A stretch of DNA of 64,000 nt from Bacteroidales bacterium. GTDB taxonomy: Bacteria > Bacteroidota > Bacteroidia > Bacteroidales > UBA3824. The notes under the pieces were generated by a model. It made no database searches and was not told where the DNA came from. It saw nothing but the letters and a program-made list of their open reading frames with translations. Positions 49,869 through 58,282 of this stretch are shown piece by piece (the first letter of the stretch is position 1; each line of letters begins with the position of its first letter). A program made the position numbers and the translations under genes. The stretch is taken from positions 12,679 to 76,678 of the forward strand of contig JAFPYR010000128.1 in NCBI GenBank assembly GCA_017412115.1, read 5' to 3'.

Positions 49869-51707
49869 TTAATTTTTCATCTGTGCGTTTGCATCCATTA
49901 AATTGGCGTTAAACATTCTTTGTTCAACGTCTTTTCTTGTGATGGTATCGTTAAGATATTTTTCCATCATAAGACCGGCAATCGGTGCTGCGTATTGTGC
50001 TCCGAAACCACCATTTTCTACATAAACGGCAATTGCGATTTTAGGATTTTCCATGGGAGCAAATGCCTCAAAAATTGAGTGGTCTTTACCGTGAGGGTTT
50101 TGAGCCGTACCTGTTTTACCACAGACTTTTACGCCCGGGACCTTAGCCGCACGTCCCGTACCCATTTCGCAAACCTGATACATACCTTGAATTACAGCGT
50201 CAAAATATTCTTTTTTGATGCCCGTTTCTTGTTTTTGATAAAATCTTTCATCAATAGAACTGCTTTTGCCGTCGTCGATTTGTTTTACGATATGCGGAAT
50301 GTGATAATAACCTCTGTTAGCAATCGTTGCGCAGGCGTTACAAATCTGAAACGGTGTAAAACCCAACTCGCCTTGTCCGATTGACAACGAAATTATAGTA
50401 AATGCGCTCCAATGTCCTTCACCGTAATAACGGTTGAAATAATCTTTTGAATAAATAATTCCGTTAACCTCTTGTGAAAGGTCGGAGTTAAGTTTTTTTC
50501 CGAGTCCGAACGATTGAACCCTTCTGCGCCAGTTTGAATACGCACTGTCTACTCTGTGATATTTTGCATCACCGATGATTTTTGTAAATTCGTAACAAAA
50601 ATATGCGTTGCACGAATGTTGAATAGCTGTTACCAAATCGAGCGAACCGCCGTGGTGACATTTTACGACGTGTTTTCCAATGCTGAAACCACCGTTACAG
50701 GGGAAAGATGTATTAACGTTGATAACGCCTTCCTGTAAGCCGATTAACGCATTGATAGTCTTGAAAGTAGAACCCGGAGGATAGCAAGCCATTAATGCAC
50801 GGTTGTACATCGGCTTGAATTTATCGCGGATAAGTTTCGGATAATTTATCGCCATATCGCTGCCCACCAAGAGGTTAGGGTCGTAACCCGGCGTAGAAAC
50901 CAATGCTAAAATTTCTCCCGTTGAGGGCTCTATCGCAACAATAGCTCCGACTTTGTTTTGCATTAATTTTTCGCCGTACATCTGAAGGTCAATATCGAGG
51001 GTGGAGGTAATATTTTTTCCGACAGTGGCAAGAGTATCGTAAATGCCGTCTTTGTATTTGCCTTGAACACGGTTTTTAACGTCTACGACATAAATTTTCA
51101 TGCCTTTGTGTCCCCTTAAATATTCCTCGTAGGATTTTTCAATACCGGCAACGCCGACGTAATCTCCGGGTTTGTAGTAAGGATTACGGTTGATAAGAGC
51201 CGTATCTGCTTCACGGACATAACCCAAGATATGAGCCGCTGCGGGATAAACATAACGCCTTGCAGTACGTTTTTGAACTTCAAAACCGGGAAATTTATAC
51301 ATTTTTTCCTGCAAATGCGAATATCTGAGTTTGGTTATCTGTTTGAAAATAACACTCTCTTTGTAAGGTGCATATTTAACGGCTTTTTGAAATTCTTTTC
51401 TGAAATTTTCTATTGTAGTACCGAGTATTTCACAAAGATCGAGTGTATCGAATGCTTCAACTTTTTTCGGAGTAACGAGTAAATCGTAAGAGCTCTCGTT
51501 ATAAATCAAAAGTTTACTGTTTCGGTCAAAAACCAAACCGCGTGCCGGATAATCAACGACTTTTCTGAATACATTACTTTCAGCCGAAAGTTTGTATCCG
51601 GAGTCCATCACTTGAATCGTAAAAAGTTTTACGATGTATATCACGGCAATAACGGTAAAAATTATGCCGATTACAAATTTTCTGTTAGAATATCTTGTAA
51701 CATTCAT
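49869..51707 (-). CDS. mrdA: Penicillin-binding protein 2
   Basis: YPPGSTFK (SxxK), SCN (SxN), GKTGTAQN (KTG). Confidence 0.95.
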   Translation of the reverse strand: MNVTRYSNRKFVIGIIFTVIAVIYIVKLFTIQVMDSGYKLSAESNVFRKVVDYPARGLVFDRNSKLLIYNESSYDLLVTPKKVEAFDTLDLCEILGTTIENFRKEFQKAVKYAPYKESVIFKQITKLRYSHLQEKMYKFPGFEVQKRTARRYVYPAAAHILGYVREADTALINRNPYYKPGDYVGVAGIEKSYEEYLRGHKGMKIYVVDVKNRVQGKYKDGIYDTLATVGKNITSTLDIDLQMYGEKLMQNKVGAIVAIEPSTGEILALVSTPGYDPNLLVGSDMAINYPKLIRDKFKPMYNRALMACYPPGSTFKTINALIGLQEGVINVNTSFPCNGGFSIGKHVVKCHHGGSLDLVTAIQHSCNAYFCYEFTKIIGDAKYHRVDSAYSNWRRRVQSFGLGKKLNSDLSQEVNGIIYSKDYFNRYYGEGHWSAFTIISLSIGQGELGFTPFQICNACATIANRGYYHIPHIVKQIDDGKSSSIDERFYQKQETGIKKEYFDAVIQGMYQVCEMGTGRAAKVPGVKVCGKTGTAQNPHGKDHSIFEAFAPMENPKIAIAVYVENGGFGAQYAAPIAGLMMEKYLNDTITRKDVEQRMFNANLMDANAQMKN

Positions 51708-51842
51708 TTTACATTCTAAAAAAAGTAGCAGACAAAAATAGAAATTTTTTTGTTGAAAAATTAATTTTTTCTAAAAAAACTCCCCAGATAATAATTTTAT
51801 ATCTTTGTCCAAAATTCAACTTTAATTTTAGACAGTGTAATG

Positions 51843-53081
51843 TTATAATCCTTTTTCAAAATCTTCCCAAAATCTCGGATAAGATTTTTTTACGGACTGA
51901 GCATCGGTTATGATGATTTGTTTGTCAGCATTTAGAGTGGCAATGGCTAACGAAAATGCCATTCTGTGGTCATTTCTTGACGAAACGGTTACTCCACCCG
52001 AAATTTTTCCGCCTTTTATCCTCATAAAATCGCCGTCCAAAACCACTTGAATGCCGATTTTAAAAAATTCTTCTTTAATTGCCAAAGCCCTGTCAGACTC
52101 TTTATGCGCCAATCTTGAAACGCCTTTTATAACGCTTTCTCCGTTGCAATTTGCTGCAAGCGAAGCTAATACAGGAAACAAATCAGGACAATCCGTTGCG
52201 TCAAAATTATAGGCTCTTAAATCCTTTTTACTTACTTTTATTTCGTCATTGCTAATAACAACCTCTGCGCCGACCTTATCTAAAACTTCCATAACGGCTC
52301 TATCGGCTTGTAACGAATTAGGATTAAGACCTTTAACAACGGCCTTTCCTGCTATTGCACCCGCAATTAAATGACCTGCCGCACTCGACCAATCGCCTTC
52401 CACTTGATATTCTGTGGCTGTGTAATTTTGCTTTCCTTTGATTATAAACTCCTTAAAATCAATATTTTGAATTTGTCCGCCGAATTTTTCAATTATATCC
52501 AATGTCATCTGAACGTATGGCACGCTTTTCAAATTTTCAACTTTCAGAACAGAATCTTTTTCGGCTTTTGGTAGTGCTGTTAAAAGTCCCGTTAAAAATT
52601 GAGAGGATTGACTGCCGTCGATTTCAGCAAAACCGCCTTTTAGTCCCGAATGAATCGTTATTGGCACAAAACCGTTTGAAAGTGAGATTTTTGCGCCTAA
52701 ATCTGCCATCGGTTTTTCCATCATTGACATCGGACGTTTTAGGAGCGAGCCTTCGCCATAAATCGTTAAACCGCCGCCCAAAAGCGCACAAACAGGTGTA
52801 AAAAGTCTTAATCCCAAACCTGCCTCGCCAACAGAAATTTGTTCTGCTTTAAGTGGATTTTTCGGAGTGATTTTCACTAAAGACTCTTCTCTTACAACTT
52901 TGCAGCCCAAAGCCTCGGCTATTTTCAAGGCTGAAGAAGAATCGTTGCTGAAATCAGGATTTTTTAAAATTGTCTCTCCATCCGATAGAATTGCAAGAGC
53001 CACAGCCCTTTGCATATAACTTTTTGACGAAGGAATCATCAAAGAAGCATTATATTTTGAAGGTTTTACTAATTTGTCCAT
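51843..53081 (-). CDS. aroA: 3-phosphoshikimate 1-carboxyvinyltransferase
   Basis: PSSKSYMQR, SSQFLTGLL, EGDWSSA, RLAHKESDR, DHRMA, KSYPRFW. Confidence 0.95.
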   Translation of the reverse strand: MDKLVKPSKYNASLMIPSSKSYMQRAVALAILSDGETILKNPDFSNDSSSALKIAEALGCKVVREESLVKITPKNPLKAEQISVGEAGLGLRLFTPVCALLGGGLTIYGEGSLLKRPMSMMEKPMADLGAKISLSNGFVPITIHSGLKGGFAEIDGSQSSQFLTGLLTALPKAEKDSVLKVENLKSVPYVQMTLDIIEKFGGQIQNIDFKEFIIKGKQNYTATEYQVEGDWSSAAGHLIAGAIAGKAVVKGLNPNSLQADRAVMEVLDKVGAEVVISNDEIKVSKKDLRAYNFDATDCPDLFPVLASLAANCNGESVIKGVSRLAHKESDRALAIKEEFFKIGIQVVLDGDFMRIKGGKISGGVTVSSRNDHRMAFSLAIATLNADKQIIITDAQSVKKSYPRFWEDFEKGL

Positions 53082-54342
53082 AAATTTTTTCTGCTATTTT
53101 CTCTCTGTTAAGATTTTCTACATTGACAATTGCGTATGCGGCATCGGCATAAAAAGGCACGCGTGAAAGAAACATTTCGCGAGCTTTTTCTACCGGGTTT
53201 TCGCATTGCAAAAGCGGACGGTTGCTAATATCAAGACCGTCCAAACAATATTCTACGGGAGCGTAAAGCCAAAGATTCAAAAAGTTTTCACGCAAGATTT
53301 TGCGGTTTTCTTCATTTTTTATAGTACCGCCGCCGCATGAGAGAATTATATTTTTCTCTTTTGACAAGGTTTTCAAAAATTCAGTTTCGGTTTTGCGGAA
53401 ATAATCTTCGCCTTTTTTTGAGAAAATTTCAGAAATTTTCATTCCCTCGTTTTTCTCGATTTCATCGTCCGAATCTATGAATTTATAACCCGTAAGTTTT
53501 GCAAGTTCTTTTCCTGAGGTCGTTTTGCCGACTCCCATAAAACCTGTCAAAGCAATTCTGCCTTGAAAATCGAATTTATAATTTTTCAAAGCTTCATACA
53601 TTTTTTCGGGAGCGATTTTCTCGCCAGTAAAATTTTCGTAAGAGGGAACAGCTTGATTTACAAGCCAATTTTTGCCGCTCAAAAATTTAAAGCCGATTTC
53701 CTTTGACGGGGTTTCAAAAATCGAATCCTTATAATTAGCGTCCAAAACGACATGGTCTTTTGTTAATAATTCGGGATCAAAAACTTTTACCCCCGAGGGC
53801 AAAGCCTGAACGATAACCGCAAAATCATTAACAAAATTTTCTATGTTTTTTAATTCTTTGATGCTGACGTTAAAACGCTCTTTCAATGCCTCTAATGCGT
53901 TGATATTACGAGCGGTAACAGTAACTTCAAGACCGAGATTTTTTCCTGCGATAATTACTGCGGGAGTTGCGCCGCCAGAGCCGATTACGAGCATTTTTTT
54001 CTGCTGTAAAAATTCAGGATAGAGTTTGAGAGTAAGTTCAACTCCTTTTATATCGGTGTTGTCGCCGCAAAGTTTATTGTCAGAAGAATAAAAAATACAA
54101 TTAACCGCCTCGGCTTTTTTTGCATTTTCCGAAAGACAATCAAGGTATTTTATAACATCTTTTTTGAAAGGGGCGGTAACATTAAGACCTTTAAAATCGA
54201 GTTGTTTGAAAGTTTTTATTGCTTCCTCCGCTGTTTCAGCGCAGAGCCTGAAATAATTGAAACTGTCAGAAACCGACATTAAAATAGGACTTAACGAATG
54301 TAAAACGGGGTTTCCCGTTACCGCAAAGAGTTTTGTGTTCAT
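53050..54342 (-). CDS. aroE: Fused shikimate dehydrogenase (AroE) and shikimate kinase (AroK)
   Basis: N-terminal GNPVLHSLSP, GLNVTAPFK, AVN, GDNTD, GSGG; C-terminal LTGFMGVGKTT, DSD, GEDYFR, SCGGG, RPLL. Confidence 0.9.
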   Translation of the reverse strand: MNTKLFAVTGNPVLHSLSPILMSVSDSFNYFRLCAETAEEAIKTFKQLDFKGLNVTAPFKKDVIKYLDCLSENAKKAEAVNCIFYSSDNKLCGDNTDIKGVELTLKLYPEFLQQKKMLVIGSGGATPAVIIAGKNLGLEVTVTARNINALEALKERFNVSIKELKNIENFVNDFAVIVQALPSGVKVFDPELLTKDHVVLDANYKDSIFETPSKEIGFKFLSGKNWLVNQAVPSYENFTGEKIAPEKMYEALKNYKFDFQGRIALTGFMGVGKTTSGKELAKLTGYKFIDSDDEIEKNEGMKISEIFSKKGEDYFRKTETEFLKTLSKEKNIILSCGGGTIKNEENRKILRENFLNLWLYAPVEYCLDGLDISNRPLLQCENPVEKAREMFLSRVPFYADAAYAIVNVENLNREKIAEKIYGQISKTFKI

Positions 54343-54416
54343 ATCTTATGAGTAAAAAAATCTTTGCAAATTTAATTTATTTTTTCTGATTCGGACAATA
54401 AAAACGTTAAAAAAAA

Positions 54417-54845
54417 TTATTTCACTATGTTGTAAACTCCCTCTTGATAATCATCTTTATCTACAACGGGTTCGGTTTCGATAAACTGAAAATTAAGGTT
54501 AAGAATTGAAGAATATTTTTGTCCTATTTTTAGCATTTCATGGTCATCTTTTTCGTAATACCATTTTACGAATATTTGGTTTTGATTTTTGCACTCGTTG
54601 ATTGCGGTGATAAGTTTTGCGATTTGTTTTGCGCTTGAGGTATTGAAATATGAGAGGCTAAACTCAATATCGGTTTTGGGTTGCGGGTTTTCAAAATAAT
54701 CCTTTATCCATTGAATCAGCGGTTTATAAAAGCTTAAAGCATCCTCTGCCCAAGAAGTTCCGCTAAAACTTATGAACCCTTTTACACCGTTCATTATTAC
54801 CTCCGGCGTATCTTCCGTTGCACTGATATTGAGATTTTCAACCAT
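54417..54845 (-). CDS. siaC: SiaC-family (DUF1987) phosphoacceptor protein
   Basis: TEDTPEV, FSGTSWAED..FYKP, LSYFNTSSAK, WYYEKDD. Confidence 0.85.
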   Translation of the reverse strand: MVENLNISATEDTPEVIMNGVKGFISFSGTSWAEDALSFYKPLIQWIKDYFENPQPKTDIEFSLSYFNTSSAKQIAKLITAINECKNQNQIFVKWYYEKDDHEMLKIGQKYSSILNLNFQFIETEPVVDKDDYQEGVYNIVK

Positions 54846-54848
54846 TTT

Positions 54849-55985
54849 TTATCTGTTAATACATGAAGTCATTTTGAATAATGAATATTCACCTTCGCCT
54901 TCTATAAATTCGTATTCTAATGGATTGCGGCTTTTATTTCTGATTTCGATTAAACCTAACCCCGCCTCTTTGCTTGAATTGATTCTAAAATCGAAAAGTC
55001 TTTCGTTATAAAACTCTTCCCTTTGTTGTTCGTTGAGTGAGTTAATATGATCGAGTTTGGCTTTCAAATCATCGACTTTTGATTTTTTTATGTAGTTAAT
55101 TGTAGTAAGACAATATTTGTCATCTTTTAATGAAATGTAAAAAATTCCTTGACAACCTTCTGTGCCTGAAATATTTACATTGCCGTGATGAATAATATTT
55201 TGCAGCATTTCGACCATAATGCTAATGATTTTTTTCTTGGAGTTCAGGGTTTCCTTCATTCTGTTTTTCATGATAGAAATCAGACTAAGAAGGCTGTCTT
55301 GGTCGAAAACGGCACTGTAAATCAATAATATGGAGTTTTTCATGATAAAACTATGAAGTTTTACCATATAATTTACGGAATAAACCGATTCTAGGGATTG
55401 TTCCGGAGCTTGCTCCAAGGTTGTACCGTTGATATTGCTGTGGAGATAAAAAAACGAAATTTCATCGTTTACTTTTTCGAGTTGATACGAGAGTTTGTTG
55501 CCTGATTTTCTTACCATTTCGATAAGACCAAGGCCTGCACCGCCTTTGCTTGAGAGTTGTCCGTTGCCTAAAACTTCTCTGTAAAATTTATCAAGTTCTT
55601 CAGAATCAAGACTATTGATTTTGTCAAGTTTTGATTTCAAATCACTGACTTTGCCGTTTTCGATAATATTGCCCGTGGTGATATAATACCATTTGTTTTC
55701 TTTCTGAATAGAAAACATTGAGTTGGTGATTTCATTGGAATCCTCCGCAGCATCACCGTGTCGGGAAATGTTTTGAATACTTTCCACCATGATATGGAAA
55801 ATACGTTTTTTTATTTTTCCCGAAATTTTGTCCCTGTCGATGTTTTTTTCGGCAAGCGATAAAATATGCTGTTGCAGATTTTGAGTAAATTCACCGCGAT
55901 AGATATAATTGAGGTCTTCTTTTTGAGTAGACTTCATCAACTCTATCACAAAATCTTTGTTTGCTATATTGTTACCTGAACCCAT
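54849..55985 (-). CDS. siaB: SiaB-family protein kinase with two tandem kinase domains
   Basis: Domain 1: VESIQNISRH..TGN..KGGAGLGLIEMVRKS. Domain 2: VEMLQNIIHH..TIN..KEAGLGLIEIRNKS. Confidence 0.82.
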   Translation of the reverse strand: MGSGNNIANKDFVIELMKSTQKEDLNYIYRGEFTQNLQQHILSLAEKNIDRDKISGKIKKRIFHIMVESIQNISRHGDAAEDSNEITNSMFSIQKENKWYYITTGNIIENGKVSDLKSKLDKINSLDSEELDKFYREVLGNGQLSSKGGAGLGLIEMVRKSGNKLSYQLEKVNDEISFFYLHSNINGTTLEQAPEQSLESVYSVNYMVKLHSFIMKNSILLIYSAVFDQDSLLSLISIMKNRMKETLNSKKKIISIMVEMLQNIIHHGNVNISGTEGCQGIFYISLKDDKYCLTTINYIKKSKVDDLKAKLDHINSLNEQQREEFYNERLFDFRINSSKEAGLGLIEIRNKSRNPLEYEFIEGEGEYSLFKMTSCINR

Positions 55986-56136
55986 TGAGTAGTAATATTT
56001 TGAAAAAAAACATTAATTTTATTTCGGCAAAAATCACTGCCAGAAGTCGCCTTCAAAATTAATAAATATATTGCAAATTTCTTGCCTTGTTTCAAATTTT
56101 TTTTTAATTTTTTTTTCTTTCCTAAAAAAAACGGCA

Positions 56137-56169
56137 AAGGGCAGATTCTTTTTTAAGAAAACTGCCCTT
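56137..56169 (-). terminator. Hairpin downstream of rpoD
   Basis: aagggcag...ctgccctt with flanking A/T runs; a second hairpin near 56206-56229. Confidence 0.6.
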
Positions 56170-56289
56170 CCTTTTTTTATAAAAATTTTTTTTTTTATTT
56201 TAGTCGGCGGGAGTTTTTGTTACACCCGCTAAAAAATTATTCAAGTAAATTAACCTTTTTCATTTCATTGGATTAGAAAGAAAATCTTT

Positions 56290-57150
56290 TTAACCGAGAT
56301 AGGCTTTCAAAAGATTGCTTCTTGAGGTGTTTCTTAATCTGCGGATTGCTTTTTCGCGGATTTGACGCACCCTCTCACGAGTCAGGCCGTACTGATCGCC
56401 GATTTCCTCAAGGCTGAGCTCCTGACAACCGATTCCGAACGAAAGTTTCAAGATAGAACGTTCTCTTTCTGTCAAGGTTGAAAATGCTCTTTCAATCTCC
56501 TTGCTCAAAGACTCGTCCATCAAATTTCCGTCAGCAACCTGTGAATCAGGGTTTTCCAAAACATCAAGCAGGCTGTTTTCTTCGCCTTGTACAAAAGGAG
56601 CGTCCACACTTACATGTTTGCCTGAAACGCGCATCGTATCAACAACTTTTTCCTGCGGCAATTCCAAAATACCGCTTAATTCCTCCGGTGAGGGTTTGCG
56701 TTGATGCTTTTGTTCAAAATCAGACACCGCCTTGTTGTACTTGCTCAAAGAACTTACCTGATTGAGCGGCAACCGTACAATTCTTGACTGTTCGTTAATC
56801 GCCTGCATAATAGATTGACGAATCCACCAAACGGCATACGAAATAAATTTGAAACCGCGGGTTTCGTCAAATTTTTCAGCAGCCTTAATCAAACCCAAAT
56901 TGCCTTCGTTGATAAGGTCAGGCAAGCTAAGTCCTTGATTTTGGTACTGTTTTGCAACGGAAACAACGAATCTCAAGTTTGCTCTCGTAAGTTTTTCGAT
57001 AGCAGACTGATCGCCTTTGCGTATACGCTGAGCGAGTTCCACTTCTTCTTCTACCGAGATCAACTCGTATTTGCCGATTTCTTGCAAATACTTGTCAAGA
57101 GATGCACTTTCTCTGTTGGTAATTGACTTTGTAATTTTTAACTGTCTCAT
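56290..57150 (-). CDS. rpoD: Primary sigma-70 factor, short Bacteroidota type
   Basis: [54 protein letters not shown]. Confidence 0.95.
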   Translation of the reverse strand: MRQLKITKSITNRESASLDKYLQEIGKYELISVEEEVELAQRIRKGDQSAIEKLTRANLRFVVSVAKQYQNQGLSLPDLINEGNLGLIKAAEKFDETRGFKFISYAVWWIRQSIMQAINEQSRIVRLPLNQVSSLSKYNKAVSDFEQKHQRKPSPEELSGILELPQEKVVDTMRVSGKHVSVDAPFVQGEENSLLDVLENPDSQVADGNLMDESLSKEIERAFSTLTERERSILKLSFGIGCQELSLEEIGDQYGLTRERVRQIREKAIRRLRNTSRSNLLKAYLG

Positions 57151-57343
57151 ATTACAATCAGATTATTATAAAAAATGAATCCTTCTATCCATAAGGACTC
57201 CTTTACTTAAACGTATTTTTTATCAAAAAGTTGCGCAAAAGAACATATTTAATATTATCTTTACGTTAAGTACTATGTTAATTTTTTTTAATCTTAGAAT
57301 ACGCTTTTTTATTGATATTTTTGCGCAAAACAAAATTTTCGTT

Positions 57344-58252
57344 ATGAAAAAACTTTTAGCGGTGATAGGTCCTACTGCTTCGGGCAAAACGGATATGGCT
57401 GTAAAAATAGCGCAAATGCTTGATACAGAAATAATTTCAGCAGATTCACGTCAGATTTTTCGCGAGATGACAATCGGTACGGCAGTCCCGGATAGTGACA
57501 CATTAAATAAAGTGAAGCATCATTTTATTCAAACGCATTCCGTTGCGGATTATTATAATGCTTACAAATACGAGCAAGAGGTTTTAACGCTTTTGGAAAA
57601 CGATATTTTCAAAAGGAAAGATATTGCGGTGATGTGCGGAGGTTCGATGCTTTATGTTGATGCGGTTTTAAACGGAATTGATTTTGCGCCCGACAGAGAT
57701 GAAAATTTGCGCAACGAGCTTTGGAGACGTTTTGAAAGGGAAGGACTTGAACCTTTGAAAGAGGATTTAAAGAGGTTGGATCCTATTTATTATTCTCAAT
57801 GCGATTTAAAAAATCATACGAGAATTATAAAAGCTTTGGAGGTTTGTATTCAGACGGGGAAACCTTATTCGTCTTTTAGGACGGGAAACGTTAAAAAACG
57901 GGGTTTTGAATTTTTTAGAATTCCTCTTAATATGGAGCGCAGTTTTCTTCATCAGAGAATTAACTTAAGAGTTGATAAAATGATGGAAGACGGACTTTTG
58001 TTCGAGGTAAAAAGCCTTGAAAAATATAAAACTTTGATGCCTCTTAATACTGTGGGTTACAAGGAATTGTTTGAATATTTGGACGGCAAAACGGATTTGG
58101 AGACCGCCGTCGAACTTATAAAACGAAACACCCGCCGTTATGCCCGCAAGCAGATAACTTGGTTTTCCAAAGAGGTTAATAACACTTGGTTTAATCCGCT
58201 TACGGACGAAGAAAAAATTTTAACGGAGGTGGAAAGAATTTCAAAACTTTGA
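57344..58252 (+). CDS. miaA: tRNA dimethylallyltransferase
   Basis: GPTASGKT, ISADSRQ, GGSMLY, TRRYARKQITWF. Confidence 0.96.
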   Translation: MKKLLAVIGPTASGKTDMAVKIAQMLDTEIISADSRQIFREMTIGTAVPDSDTLNKVKHHFIQTHSVADYYNAYKYEQEVLTLLENDIFKRKDIAVMCGGSMLYVDAVLNGIDFAPDRDENLRNELWRRFEREGLEPLKEDLKRLDPIYYSQCDLKNHTRIIKALEVCIQTGKPYSSFRTGNVKKRGFEFFRIPLNMERSFLHQRINLRVDKMMEDGLLFEVKSLEKYKTLMPLNTVGYKELFEYLDGKTDLETAVELIKRNTRRYARKQITWFSKEVNNTWFNPLTDEEKILTEVERISKL

Positions 58253-58282
58253 AAAAAAAATCTTAGCGAAGAAGTTGGTGAA

